A stretch of DNA of 64,000 nt from positions 47,077 to 111,076 of the forward strand of contig JBHLOI010000007.1 in NCBI GenBank assembly GCA_048940645.1, read 5' to 3'. Numbering within the stretch: position 1 is the first letter of the stretch; each line of letters starts with the position of its first letter. The notes under the pieces were generated by a model, which worked only from the letters and a program-made list of their open reading frames with translations, was not told the DNA's origin and made no database searches. A program made the translations under genes and the position numbers. This document shows positions 10,355-20,528 of this stretch, piece after piece. This stretch comes from Promethearchaeota archaeon (GTDB lineage: Archaea; Asgardarchaeota; Lokiarchaeia; Sigyniarchaeales; SOKP01).

Positions 10355-10534
10355 ATGGATTTTGTGAAATATGGAATAATTGGCTCTGGTTCAGTTTGGC
10401 GTTTTCATAGAATTGGAAGCAAAACTAATCCAAAAATTAAATTTAGAGATGGGATTAGAGATATATTATTACTTAAAATAATGGTTTATGAATTAAAAAA
10501 AAAAAGGGGTAGCAGTAATTATGAATCAAGTTAA
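10355..10534 (+). pseudogene. Truncated Gfo/Idh/MocA paralog (N-terminal ~30 aa only)
   Basis: MDFVKYGIIGSGSVWRFHRIGSKTNPKIKF aligns with the start of the next gene, MNQVKFGLVGAGVVYIYHERAIRNNSKIKF. Confidence 0.8.
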
Positions 10535-11645
10535 ATTCGGCTTAGTTGGCGCGGGAGTTGTTTACATTTACCATGAAAGAGCTATAAGAAATAATTCTAA
10601 GATAAAATTTTCTTCTATATATGATATAAATTTGAAGGGAGCAAGGAGGACTGCTAAAAAGAAAGGTATGGACTACTATAAGAATTATGATGAGCTTCTA
10701 AACAGTGACATCGATGCTGTTTTAATAATGACGCCTCATTATTTACATATTGAGCACGTTGTTGCTGCTGCTGAGGCTCAAAAGCACATTTTATGTGAAA
10801 AACCTATGGCAACAACTCTCGAGGGCTGTGATGAGATGATAAAAGCAACTAAAAAAGCTGGTGTCAAATTTATGATTGCAGAAAATCATAGATTTTTACC
10901 TGCACATGAATATATAATGAAGACAGTACAATCTGGTCTAATTGGAAGACCCTTTCTGATTCGCTCATATGAAGGTGTCAATGAGATAGAAGGTCTTATG
11001 AAAGAAGGCTTTTGGAAAGGACATCCAATTTTAGCTGGAGGTGGAGCATTAATTGATATGGGAGCTCATAAATTTGCTACCCTCAATTGGATTTTAGATG
11101 ATGAAATAGAATCTACATATAGTTATCTCTCTAAACAATGTACAAATTTAGAAGAAAAGGCTGAAGATAATGCTATTACGATATTTAAATATAAAAATGG
11201 AACTATCGCAGAAACAGCGGTAAGTTTTACAGTTGTTTCGCCATTAACGAACAGTTTAGAGATATATGGAACTCAAGGCAGTATTATAGAGAATCATGCT
11301 TGGCAAAATCCTATTAAGATTTTTTCAAAGCATCCAGATTTGGGAAAGTATAAAGGAAAATGGTATGAACCGAAAATTGAACATGGACCGTATCCTAAAT
11401 ATTATGAGATTTCTATGAGAAATGAAGATTTGCATTTTTCTGATTGCATTATAAATGATACTGAACCTGAATTTACTCCTGAGCAAGCTAAAGAAGCTAT
11501 TTTTGATGTGTTAATGTCATATCTATCAGCAAAGAATGGAAAAATGGCAACTCGTAAAGACTTAAATGACATATACGAGACAATTGGTACACATACAATT
11601 TTAGAAGGATTAGAAAAAACTGTCCATAATAATTATTGTATTTAA
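10521..11645 (+). CDS. Gfo/Idh/MocA family oxidoreductase
   Basis: GLVGAG, TPHYLH, CEKP, GGGALIDMGAH. Confidence 0.95.
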   Translation: MNQVKFGLVGAGVVYIYHERAIRNNSKIKFSSIYDINLKGARRTAKKKGMDYYKNYDELLNSDIDAVLIMTPHYLHIEHVVAAAEAQKHILCEKPMATTLEGCDEMIKATKKAGVKFMIAENHRFLPAHEYIMKTVQSGLIGRPFLIRSYEGVNEIEGLMKEGFWKGHPILAGGGALIDMGAHKFATLNWILDDEIESTYSYLSKQCTNLEEKAEDNAITIFKYKNGTIAETAVSFTVVSPLTNSLEIYGTQGSIIENHAWQNPIKIFSKHPDLGKYKGKWYEPKIEHGPYPKYYEISMRNEDLHFSDCIINDTEPEFTPEQAKEAIFDVLMSYLSAKNGKMATRKDLNDIYETIGTHTILEGLEKTVHNNYCI

Positions 11646-11744
11646 TAATTATCACATAAGCTTATTCTACTAAACTTACCGGCTCTTCTTTTTTAAATAC
11701 CACTTTTATCATATTTTCATTAATTTGAAAATTCCCCGAGATGA

Positions 11745-12080
11745 ATATTCATTTCAAAAGGTTTTATTAATAATTCTGGAGTAGATAATCTACTAAAAAG
11801 AAATGAATCCTTTGAAAATACTTCTTTTGTTGAAAATGGAGAATTTCAAATAGAAAATTTAGATTTTTCCCCCTTATTAAATGATGAAAATTTAGTTCAG
11901 AAGTGTGATTTAGCAAAAAAAGAATATCTTACTATGGCAAATGATATCCATATACTTCTAAAAAAGTGTGATAATTTAAATAATAATCAGAAATTAGATT
12001 ATTGTAATAACGAAAGATATTACATGAAACAATATTTAAAATACACGTTATTAAAAGTTAATAAATGTGTTCCTGAATAA
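11745..12080 (+). pseudogene. Start-less 111-codon open frame (gene fragment or frameshifted gene)
   Basis: IFISKGFINNSGVDNLLKRNESF...LKVNKCVPE* stays open in AT-rich DNA; nearest upstream ATG (11741) is out of frame. Confidence 0.5.
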
Positions 12081-12157
12081 TTTAAAAATATAAAAATTAA
12101 AGTTATTAAATTCCAATCCTTAGGAAAACTAACTTTATTAGTATTAAATTTAAAATT

Positions 12158-13021
12158 ATGCAATTTTCAAAATCAATAGTTGAAATAATAAAAGAACGTA
12201 CTTCCTGGAGAACATATTTAAAAAAACTCATAGAAAATGAACCAAGGAGCCAAATTGATAAACTTTTAAAATTAGAAGAAATTGATAGTCCTTTTAAAAA
12301 TGTATCTGGGAGTTCTCGATTTCATTTAATAAGTGTGCCAGAATTCGATCCCGAAGAGAATATTAAGATCGGAACTTACGGTATGATAAAAGGTGCTCAG
12401 GAATTTATAGCTGGAGTCACTGAGAAATCTAAGTACGATCTCGAGAATTACGGTTATATATTTGAAGCTATTATATTAGCAGCCACTGATATGAATTTAA
12501 AAACCTGCTGGCTGGGGGGTACGTTTCATCGTTCACAAATTTCTAAAATGATTCAACTTGAAGATAATGAGATAATTCCTGCTATAACTCCCATTGGATA
12601 TCCTGCTACAAGAAGATTGAAAGAAAGATTCATTAGGTCTATGGCTAAAGCAAAAGTGAGAAAATCTTGGGATGAAATCTTTTTTATCGGAGATTTTAAC
12701 ACTCCAATTAATCAAAAAAATATTGGAGAATATAAAACAATTCTTGAAATGGTTAGGATTGCCCCATCAGCAGGGAATAACCAACCATGGAGGATATTAA
12801 AAGATAATAATCAAGATATTTATCACTTTTTTGTAAAGTACTCGGATTCCAAAAGAGGTTCAATTTATAATGCGTTTGTGCGACTTGATATAGGAATTGC
12901 GGTGTGTCATTTTGATCTTACTGCTAAAGAATTAGGATTAAATGGAAGATGGGAATTTTTAAGTCCAGAAATTGACAAAGCAGAAAGCCTAAAATACATA
13001 ATCTCTTGGAATTCAACTTAA
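12158..13021 (+). CDS. Nitroreductase family protein (tandem domain)
   Basis: RTSWRTY, TCWLGG, APSAGNNQPW, DIGIAVCHF. Confidence 0.9.
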   Translation: MQFSKSIVEIIKERTSWRTYLKKLIENEPRSQIDKLLKLEEIDSPFKNVSGSSRFHLISVPEFDPEENIKIGTYGMIKGAQEFIAGVTEKSKYDLENYGYIFEAIILAATDMNLKTCWLGGTFHRSQISKMIQLEDNEIIPAITPIGYPATRRLKERFIRSMAKAKVRKSWDEIFFIGDFNTPINQKNIGEYKTILEMVRIAPSAGNNQPWRILKDNNQDIYHFFVKYSDSKRGSIYNAFVRLDIGIAVCHFDLTAKELGLNGRWEFLSPEIDKAESLKYIISWNST

Positions 13022-13195
13022 TTTATTAATCATTTCGTGAAACACTCATTTCACGTAATTTTTATTAAACAAAAAATAGAGTTTGTAGAGAGCAGCACTA
13101 AGTAAAATAAAAAAAAGTTATTGATTTTTTCCAATTATTTCTTTTGCGAAACTTCGAGCTTCTTCCAGCTCTAAAGTTTTAACTATAGAGCTTAT

Positions 13196-13819
13196 TTATA
13201 AAAATTTTTTATTAAAACCAATATATAGGCTACCCAAAGCTAAACCTACTCCAACTAAGAAAGTAATACTTACTATATAAAATAGACCGAGTCTGCTGAT
13301 ATCTAAAAAGGTATATAAGTAATCACCAGTGAAAATCCCGTGCATAAAAGAAAAAACTAAATAACCTATTGGATATATCGTCCAGTATGGAAGGTAGTTC
13401 CACTTATATTTCTTAGTTTCAGTGAATATCCAATCTACTATGAATGCGATTGGAGTAAGATAGTGTAAAATAATATTACTAAAAGCTGCCCATCCAGTAG
13501 GTTGGTAAAAGATCTGTAGTAAAATAGCAAAGAAAATAAAAGTTGTTGTTATATAAAGAGTTAAAGCTCCTTTAAGAGGCCCCTTAATTTTCTCAAGAGA
13601 TTCTGGTTTATTATACCAAAAAATAGCTAGTGTAAACCATATGGTAACCATTAAGTTTGTTTGCATGGTGTAATATTTAAAACCGACTAACCAAATCAGA
13701 GGGTTTCCAGAAGCAATTGAACTAATAAACCAACCAGTTATAATAGTAAACCAACTTAGCCCAGCAAAAATTATACGGTAAATTAAAACTGTTTTAATTG
13801 AAAGATTTATGTTTTTCAT
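13196..13819 (-). CDS. Pr6Pr / FAR-17a-AIG1-like membrane protein
   Basis: 6 TM; YYTMQTN, LHYLTP..DW, YP..Y, YLY.FLD. Confidence 0.8.
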   Translation of the reverse strand: MKNINLSIKTVLIYRIIFAGLSWFTIITGWFISSIASGNPLIWLVGFKYYTMQTNLMVTIWFTLAIFWYNKPESLEKIKGPLKGALTLYITTTFIFFAILLQIFYQPTGWAAFSNIILHYLTPIAFIVDWIFTETKKYKWNYLPYWTIYPIGYLVFSFMHGIFTGDYLYTFLDISRLGLFYIVSITFLVGVGLALGSLYIGFNKKFL

Positions 13820-13950
13820 TCTTAAAATAACCTATTTAAAATATAGTTGTATTGGTAAGTTGAATTATTGAATTAAAACCATTCCTTTTTATCCTTTTAT
13901 TATATCATCAAAACCTATTTTATCAATAATACTCTCATTTAGCGTAATTT

Positions 13951-14502
13951 TTATCCAAATTTGTCATAATAAAATGTTGAAATTATCTGATCTTTAGTTT
14001 CAGATTTTAGCTCGTATTCAAGTTTTAAAAAGTTATCAAACCCATTTAAGGGATATTTATGAGATATTATAATAGCTTTATTTTTTGCTGTTAAAAATAC
14101 ATGGTATAAATATTTCTGCATTGTTGGTAATGAATATATGTAAATAAAATCAAAATCTATCAAGTCGATTTCATAGAAATCTCCATGGATAACCTTAATT
14201 TTCCTAAATAGTTTTCGGTGATATAGCTTTTCCTTCTTTAATAATTTAATATGTCTTTTTGCTTCTTTTATTAAATTGTGATTAATTTCAATCCCTATGG
14301 ATTTAATTCCGTAATTTAAAGCTGAATAAGCAATTATTTGGCCATTTCCAGAACCTAAATCAACTAATTTCTGATTTGAATTTTTAATTAATCTAAACCT
14401 AAGCCTTAAAGTTTCGAATATTTTCTGAATTAACTCTCCATTTGTTTCTAGAAATGGTAAATCTATTTGTGAACTGATTTCTAAAAAGCGAGATCTCTTC
14501 AT
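13951..14502 (-). CDS. Class I SAM methyltransferase (aKMT/Dot1/FAM173-like)
   Basis: LPFLET, VDLGSGNG, GIEIN, GDF, IYIY, IISHKYP. Confidence 0.8.
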   Translation of the reverse strand: MKRSRFLEISSQIDLPFLETNGELIQKIFETLRLRFRLIKNSNQKLVDLGSGNGQIIAYSALNYGIKSIGIEINHNLIKEAKRHIKLLKKEKLYHRKLFRKIKVIHGDFYEIDLIDFDFIYIYSLPTMQKYLYHVFLTAKNKAIIISHKYPLNGFDNFLKLEYELKSETKDQIISTFYYDKFG

Positions 14503-14669
14503 CGGAAATATCTATTTTATTATATTACACAATAATGTAAACTTTTTCTTTTCTTTCCATATTTTTAAGATTCTTAACCATTACAATTGTTAATAGTATT
14601 ATTAAACTTTTAAAAGGAAAAAAATTTCTAATATTAAAATTTTAAAACCTCTCAATTCCTTCTTACAAA

Positions 14670-15668
14670 ATGGCTAAAATATTAGTGACTGGTGGAACTG
14701 GTTTTATTGGTATTCCATTAGTAAAGAAATTAAACGAGTTGGGCCATGAGATTAAGCTTTTAGTACGAGAATCAAGTGATACTTCTCCTTTTCAAAACCT
14801 TGACAATATTGAATATGTTAATGGTGATGTTCGAGATATAGATAGCTTATATAAAGCAGTAGATAATATTGAAATGATCTATCATCTTGCAGCTTACACT
14901 GGAATATGGGCGCGAAAGAAATCAATTTATTATGACGTTAATGTGAAGGGAATAGAAAACGTTGCTAATGTTGCTCTTGAAAAGAATCTTAAATTATTTT
15001 ATGTTAGTTCTTTTACTGCCTTAGGTCCTACTCCTCCTGAACCTGTTGACGAAACCCATGAAAATCAAAATTTTTGTATGGAATATGAGAAATCAAAATT
15101 TCAGGCAAAAAAGTTGATTAAAAGTTTAATACCAAAAGGATTGAAAGTAATAATATTTTATCCAGGAATCGTATATGGTCCAAGAGATTTTAATGTTTTT
15201 GGTAGAATGCTATATGATGTCATGAGAGGAAAAATTCTTCCCTTAGGAGTATGTCCTGGAGAGGGAGGTTCTATGACTTGTCTATCTTATGTATATGATT
15301 TATCAAATGCATTTGTAAGTGTAGTCAATAGAGAAGACCTTTTTGGGGAAGATTTTATTCTAGGTGGAGAAAATGTTAAATTTAGAGAATATTTAGATTT
15401 AATTGCTGAAATTGGAAGAGATAAAAAAGCAAAAAAGCTTCCATTCTGGGTTACGATAGTTTATGCATGGTTATTGGAAGTAAAAGCTTTCTTCAATAAA
15501 AAAGTGCCTTATTTGACTCGACCTACACTTAGAGCAATTAGATATCACAGAGCATATTCTTCAAAAAAAGCCATTGAAAAACTCAATTACAAAATTACAC
15601 CCTTAAGAGAAGGATTAGAAAAAACAATTAAATGGTACAAGGAATTTAATGAAAAAGAAAAAAGTTAA
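14670..15668 (+). CDS. NAD-dependent epimerase/dehydratase (extended SDR, HpnA/DFR-like)
   Basis: TGGTGFIG, HLAA, YEKSK, VYGP. Confidence 0.9.
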   Translation: MAKILVTGGTGFIGIPLVKKLNELGHEIKLLVRESSDTSPFQNLDNIEYVNGDVRDIDSLYKAVDNIEMIYHLAAYTGIWARKKSIYYDVNVKGIENVANVALEKNLKLFYVSSFTALGPTPPEPVDETHENQNFCMEYEKSKFQAKKLIKSLIPKGLKVIIFYPGIVYGPRDFNVFGRMLYDVMRGKILPLGVCPGEGGSMTCLSYVYDLSNAFVSVVNREDLFGEDFILGGENVKFREYLDLIAEIGRDKKAKKLPFWVTIVYAWLLEVKAFFNKKVPYLTRPTLRAIRYHRAYSSKKAIEKLNYKITPLREGLEKTIKWYKEFNEKEKS

Positions 15669-15686
15669 GAAGGGGATTTTAAAACA

Positions 15687-16166
15687 ATGTTGGAAGAAGA
15701 GTTAACAAGTCAAATTATAGATCAACAGAAATATAAGACAGAATTAGCAAAGAAATATACTACATTTCTATCAAAATATCCTGAAATCTTTTCTGATTTA
15801 ATTTCTGGTTCAGATTTTGATTTTGCACTTTATGATACGATTGAAGATTATGATAATAGAGCCCCTGTAGATGTATTTAATGTATATTGCAATGGCCATG
15901 GAATAGAAATTAGACCAGGGCGAGCAGATGATTCTGATTTAGAACTAGCACTTTCAATAAAAGCTGTTAAAAAATTAATCCAAACAACAACTAAGGTGGA
16001 ATATGCACAGCTTCTGGGCTATTTCTTTAATAACCCCGACGAGGAAAAAGGCTGGATCGATTTTATCTTGCATAAAAGGACTCAGATTTTAATTAATATG
16101 GGCTATGGAAGATTTGCTCGAACCGCTGGTATTCTCGAAGAGGATGATAATGTTTATAGTATTTAA
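15687..16166 (+). CDS. Hypothetical protein, possibly SCP2-like fold
   Basis: Short alpha/beta protein with a SDLELAL motif; resembles 17667..18146. Confidence 0.55.
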   Translation: MLEEELTSQIIDQQKYKTELAKKYTTFLSKYPEIFSDLISGSDFDFALYDTIEDYDNRAPVDVFNVYCNGHGIEIRPGRADDSDLELALSIKAVKKLIQTTTKVEYAQLLGYFFNNPDEEKGWIDFILHKRTQILINMGYGRFARTAGILEEDDNVYSI

Positions 16167-16225
16167 AACTCTTTTTTAAATTAAATTTGAAATTATATTG
16201 AAATTCATAAAGGTAAATAGGATAA

Positions 16226-17719
16226 ATGTCAAAAGTTAAAGAATTAGAAATAAAAAATAAATATACAGGTGAAGTTTTAAGAACTATACCAGCAGACACT
16301 CCAGAGACGGTTCAAGAAAAAATAAAAGAAGTACATGCAAGTCAAAATCTCTTAAAAGAAATGGATTTTTTTGAGAGAGCTCAACTTCTTTCTAATTATG
16401 CAAGCAAATTGCGATTTAAAAAGAAGCAACTAAAAGATTTAATTGTAGCAGAAGGGGGTCTACCTATCAAATATTCAGAATGGGAATTGAATATTGTAAT
16501 GACGGGATTTAGATTTTGTGACTGGTATTATCAATTCATAGAAGAGAAACCATTAACAAGCATAGAAGGAGAGCAATTTGTCAAAATAAGATATATTCCT
16601 CATGGATTAGCAGCATGCATTTCTCCTCGTAATACCCCTATAAGTCTTCCTCTTTATCAATGGGGGGCAAATTATTTAGTAGGTAATGCAGCCATCGTTA
16701 AACCTTCCACAGCTTGTCCACTAACTATGATAGAAGCCCAATCCATGATGGAAGAAATGAATTTACCTGCTCTTGAAGCTCTTAATTTAGTAATTGCCCC
16801 TGGAAATTGGGCTGTTGATGAATTTCTTAAATCTCCATTGGTTAAAACTCTAATGACGATTACTTCCTCTCACACTGCTAAGGATATCTTAGTACGTTAT
16901 GCCAATATCTTAAAAAAAACCGTTGATAAATCAATGGGAGTGGCAATGTATACTAGTCCATTTAAGAATTTTTTCTTTGAATGTGCCGGTAACGATGCAG
17001 GGATTGTGATGGATGATGTAAATCTAGAACAAGTAGCAAAATGGAACGTTATGGCTAGTTATACAAACTCTGGTCAACAATGCTTTTCAATGAAGCGTCT
17101 AATTGTTCATAGTAACATTTATGATGAATATATCGAATATTTAATAAAGGAAATTGAGAAATTAAAATATGGAGACCCTACGGATCCAAGTACCGATATT
17201 GGTCCATTAGGGAGTCGTAAAATTTTAATGATGATGGAAGTGATGGTTGCAGATGCAAAAAAATATGGCTGTGAAATATATACGGGGGCTGATAAAATCG
17301 ACACAGGAGAAGATTATGGTTTATTTTATAAACCAACTCTGGTAGAAATAAAGCCTGAATTGTGTGAAGATTTAACTAAAGCTCCATTTTTATGGCGAGA
17401 AGAGGCTTTTGGACCTGTTAGATCTATCACCAGAGCTGAAAACTTAAAAGATGCGATAAAATTGGCTAATGCTAGCAACTATGGTATGCGAGCAGTAGCT
17501 TATACCTCAAATTTACACACTATAGAAACTTTTAAAAACGAATTAGAAGCTGCGAACATATACATTAATGCAAGACCCATGCTCACTGATATTACAGTTG
17601 CTCTGGGGGGAATTAAAGATTCTGCTTATCCTCCCGGATGTAAATATTATCCACAAGAATTAGTTTTTGGAAAATATATTTATGATGGAACTCCAATTAA
17701 TCTTGAAAAACTTAAGTGA
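16226..17719 (+). CDS. Aldehyde dehydrogenase family protein (divergent)
   Basis: PRNTP, VKPS, FECAGND, NSGQQC, EEAFGP, ANASNYGM, GGIKDS. Confidence 0.9.
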   Translation: MSKVKELEIKNKYTGEVLRTIPADTPETVQEKIKEVHASQNLLKEMDFFERAQLLSNYASKLRFKKKQLKDLIVAEGGLPIKYSEWELNIVMTGFRFCDWYYQFIEEKPLTSIEGEQFVKIRYIPHGLAACISPRNTPISLPLYQWGANYLVGNAAIVKPSTACPLTMIEAQSMMEEMNLPALEALNLVIAPGNWAVDEFLKSPLVKTLMTITSSHTAKDILVRYANILKKTVDKSMGVAMYTSPFKNFFFECAGNDAGIVMDDVNLEQVAKWNVMASYTNSGQQCFSMKRLIVHSNIYDEYIEYLIKEIEKLKYGDPTDPSTDIGPLGSRKILMMMEVMVADAKKYGCEIYTGADKIDTGEDYGLFYKPTLVEIKPELCEDLTKAPFLWREEAFGPVRSITRAENLKDAIKLANASNYGMRAVAYTSNLHTIETFKNELEAANIYINARPMLTDITVALGGIKDSAYPPGCKYYPQELVFGKYIYDGTPINLEKLK

Positions 17720-18146
17720 TCTAGAAAGGGATTTTATTATGAATTCAGAGGAATTATATAATGAATTAAACAAATATTTTTCCAATAATTTAGATATAAT
17801 GAGACATCTTAAAGTCAATGCATGTTGGGAGTATTTCATAACTGAAAATTCTTTGGATGATGAAAATTCCAAATTACATTATTATTTAATTAAAAAAGAC
17901 GAAGATACACTTGAATTAACGAAAAATAATCCTAAAATTAAACCTGATTTAATTCTCTATTTTACTGAAAGAGCAATTTTAAATCTCATCAAAGAAAGTC
18001 CAAATGCAGAAGAATACTATCATCGTTATCGGAAAGTTATGGACAATCCTCGACCAGAACTTCAAGTTGATAATAAGATAAACAAACCTAGATTAAAACT
18101 TTGGCAGATTGGATATAAAAAATGGCAGGAAGATTTTAAATTTTAG
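17667..18146 (+). CDS. Hypothetical protein, possibly SCP2-like fold (true start probably MNSEEL, ~17739)
   Basis: KPDLILYFTERAI..LI; LWQIGYKKW; similar to 15687..16166. Confidence 0.55.
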   Translation: MENIFMMELQLILKNLSDLERDFIMNSEELYNELNKYFSNNLDIMRHLKVNACWEYFITENSLDDENSKLHYYLIKKDEDTLELTKNNPKIKPDLILYFTERAILNLIKESPNAEEYYHRYRKVMDNPRPELQVDNKINKPRLKLWQIGYKKWQEDFKF

Positions 18147-18156
18147 AAAAAGTTCT

Positions 18157-18843
18157 TTAAAGCACTTTAATTGAATATTTCTTGTTTCTAGTACTAATAA
18201 AAATAATTGCTATAACAGCCAATAAAATGAAACCAATAAAATATATTCCCATAGGAATCATTATGAATGTTGCTTCAACCTTGATGATTAATCGTGTATT
18301 AGCATATTCATAAACTGCTTCTGATTCTAGAATTCCATCACTGTTATATATTCTTTCATGTAAATATTCTTCATCTATTTCTGATTTTAAAATTTGGGAT
18401 ATTTTAAATCCATCTACTTGATAATCTGCTGGAAATTGTTCTCCAACTGATTCAAGGAAATTATCGACTGGAGTTGGTAAAAATATGCAATGTTCATATT
18501 GAGCAGCCAATTTATATAATTCTATATTCTCAAGAACTCCTTGCTGACCCCAATCAACTTGATAATCCCAAAAATATATAGTTATTCTCCAATATGTCTC
18601 AACGTCAACAATTTCCTTAATTATTACTCTTATTTTATCACCTACATCAAAATTGGGCTCATAACCTAATATTCTGCCAAATAAACTTGAATCTAAATAA
18701 GTTACTTCCCAAATATACTCTTTATCTTCTTGTATACCTAAAGAATAGGGACCCTGTGCTTTTACATACCCATTGGCACATAAGTAAAAAACCGTAATAT
18801 TGAGGAATATTAACGTTAATATAATTTTGTTTTTACGTTTCAA
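18157..18843 (-). CDS. Secreted protein with C-terminal TM anchor
   Basis: Signal peptide; YSLGIQE..EYIWEV; IPMG + TM + basic tail. Confidence 0.75.
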   Translation of the reverse strand: MKRKNKIILTLIFLNITVFYLCANGYVKAQGPYSLGIQEDKEYIWEVTYLDSSLFGRILGYEPNFDVGDKIRVIIKEIVDVETYWRITIYFWDYQVDWGQQGVLENIELYKLAAQYEHCIFLPTPVDNFLESVGEQFPADYQVDGFKISQILKSEIDEEYLHERIYNSDGILESEAVYEYANTRLIIKVEATFIMIPMGIYFIGFILLAVIAIIFISTRNKKYSIKVL

Positions 18844-19073
18844 CTTACCATCTAATTTTTGGTATAATTCTGCTATCTTATCTTAAATTATATTCGATAA
18901 TAGTATATTTAGAAATTTATACTTTATTTAAACACAATATTATTCTCTCTCAAAATATGACAATTAATTATTAATGCTATTCTAATCCTTAATAACAATT
19001 AAATAAAACATAATAATTATATAAAAGATAATATAAAAGATCTTATAATCTAGGAAGATTAGGGTATTAAAAT

Positions 19074-20492
19074 ATGAAAAATGAAGAAATTTGTTATATG
19101 TCTGCTTGTGATATAGCAGATTCAATAAAAAATGGGGATATAACTTCTCAAGAAATTACAGAGTTAATTATTGAAAGAATTGAAAAGATCAATCCAATTA
19201 TAAATGCATATTGTACTCCAACGTTTGATTTAGCTAGAAAAATGGCTAAAGAAGCAGATAAAGTAGTTAAAACGAGAGTAGATATACCACCACTTAACGG
19301 GATTCCGACTAGCATTAAAGATTTAATTATGACTAAAGGAATTAGGACTACATTTGGTTCTAAACTATATGAAGATTTTATACCTGAAGAAGATGAAGTA
19401 GTTATTAAAAGACTTAAAAATGCAGGCTGTGTAATTTTAGGAAAAACAAATACACCAGAATTCGGACATGTTACGGTTACTTTTAATTTAATTTTTGGAG
19501 AGACTAAAAATCCTTGGAATTTAGAAAAAACATCTGGAGGTTCAAGTGGTGGTGCTGGTGCAGCAGTAGCATCAGGTATCAGCCCTTTAGCGCTAGGCTC
19601 AGATGGAGGTGGATCTATAAGGGTTCCCAGCTGTTTATGTGGGATATTTGGTTTGAAACCTACTTATGGAAGAATCCCTAAATATCCACGCATAGGACTT
19701 GAATTCTATACTATGGATCATTATGGACCAATGACTCGATATGTAAAAGATGCCGCTCTTATGTTAGATGTTATGAAAGGGCCCCATCTGGGAGACAGAC
19801 AGTCACTCCCAGAAAATAATATAAAATATGTCGAAATACTTGATGAAAAGCCTTCAAAATTAAAAATTGGTTATTCCTTTGATTTGGGTTTAGCAAAAGC
19901 ATTAGATTCTGATGTTGAAAAATCGGTACTTAATTCAATTGATAAGTTAGAAACGTTCGATTGGACAGCCGAAAAAGTAAATTTAAACATGAGAAAAGCA
20001 GAAAATGCATTTTATACCTATAGTACTGTTGGAACAGCTTATGATTTTAAAAAAAAATTTGATGAATGGAGAGATCGTATAACACCTGGTCTGGTCAAAC
20101 AAATTAAAGTTGCTTTACCAATGACTGCTATGAATCTTCAACTTGCTTTATCTCAGAGATTGGCTTGTGATGAGGTAATGCATCAGTTTTTTAAGAATTA
20201 TGATATCTTAATTACGCCAACTACAGCAGTGCCTGCTTTTGAATTGGGAAGTGTCGGACCTTCAAAAATCCAAAGTAAAGCGGTTTCGCATTCAGGATGG
20301 TATCCCTTTACTTATCCATTTAACTTAACTTCATTACCTGCTGCATCAATACCATGCGGTTGGTCTAGCGAAAAATTACCTATAGGAATGCAGATAGTTG
20401 GGAAAAGATTTGATGAAAAAGCTGTACTTCAAGTTTCAAAAGCTTTTGAGGAAATTGCTCCTTGGCAGAATAAGAAACCAGTATTTAATTAA
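19074..20492 (+). CDS. Amidase signature family enzyme
   Basis: SIKD, GKTNTPEF, GGSSGG, GSDGGGSIRVP. Confidence 0.95.
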   Translation: MKNEEICYMSACDIADSIKNGDITSQEITELIIERIEKINPIINAYCTPTFDLARKMAKEADKVVKTRVDIPPLNGIPTSIKDLIMTKGIRTTFGSKLYEDFIPEEDEVVIKRLKNAGCVILGKTNTPEFGHVTVTFNLIFGETKNPWNLEKTSGGSSGGAGAAVASGISPLALGSDGGGSIRVPSCLCGIFGLKPTYGRIPKYPRIGLEFYTMDHYGPMTRYVKDAALMLDVMKGPHLGDRQSLPENNIKYVEILDEKPSKLKIGYSFDLGLAKALDSDVEKSVLNSIDKLETFDWTAEKVNLNMRKAENAFYTYSTVGTAYDFKKKFDEWRDRITPGLVKQIKVALPMTAMNLQLALSQRLACDEVMHQFFKNYDILITPTTAVPAFELGSVGPSKIQSKAVSHSGWYPFTYPFNLTSLPAASIPCGWSSEKLPIGMQIVGKRFDEKAVLQVSKAFEEIAPWQNKKPVFN

Positions 20493-20528
20493 TTTAAAAA
20501 TTTAACAAATCCTCTTTTTTTTAAAAAT

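Noticed and set aside
11721-12080. Selenocysteine readthrough at TGA 11742
   Set aside because: An in-frame TAA lies 7 codons upstream with no start codon between; no selenoprotein family motif.
19074-20492. GatA (Glu-tRNA amidotransferase subunit A)
   Set aside because: No adjacent gatB/gatC and no GatA-specific features recognised; called a generic amidase.
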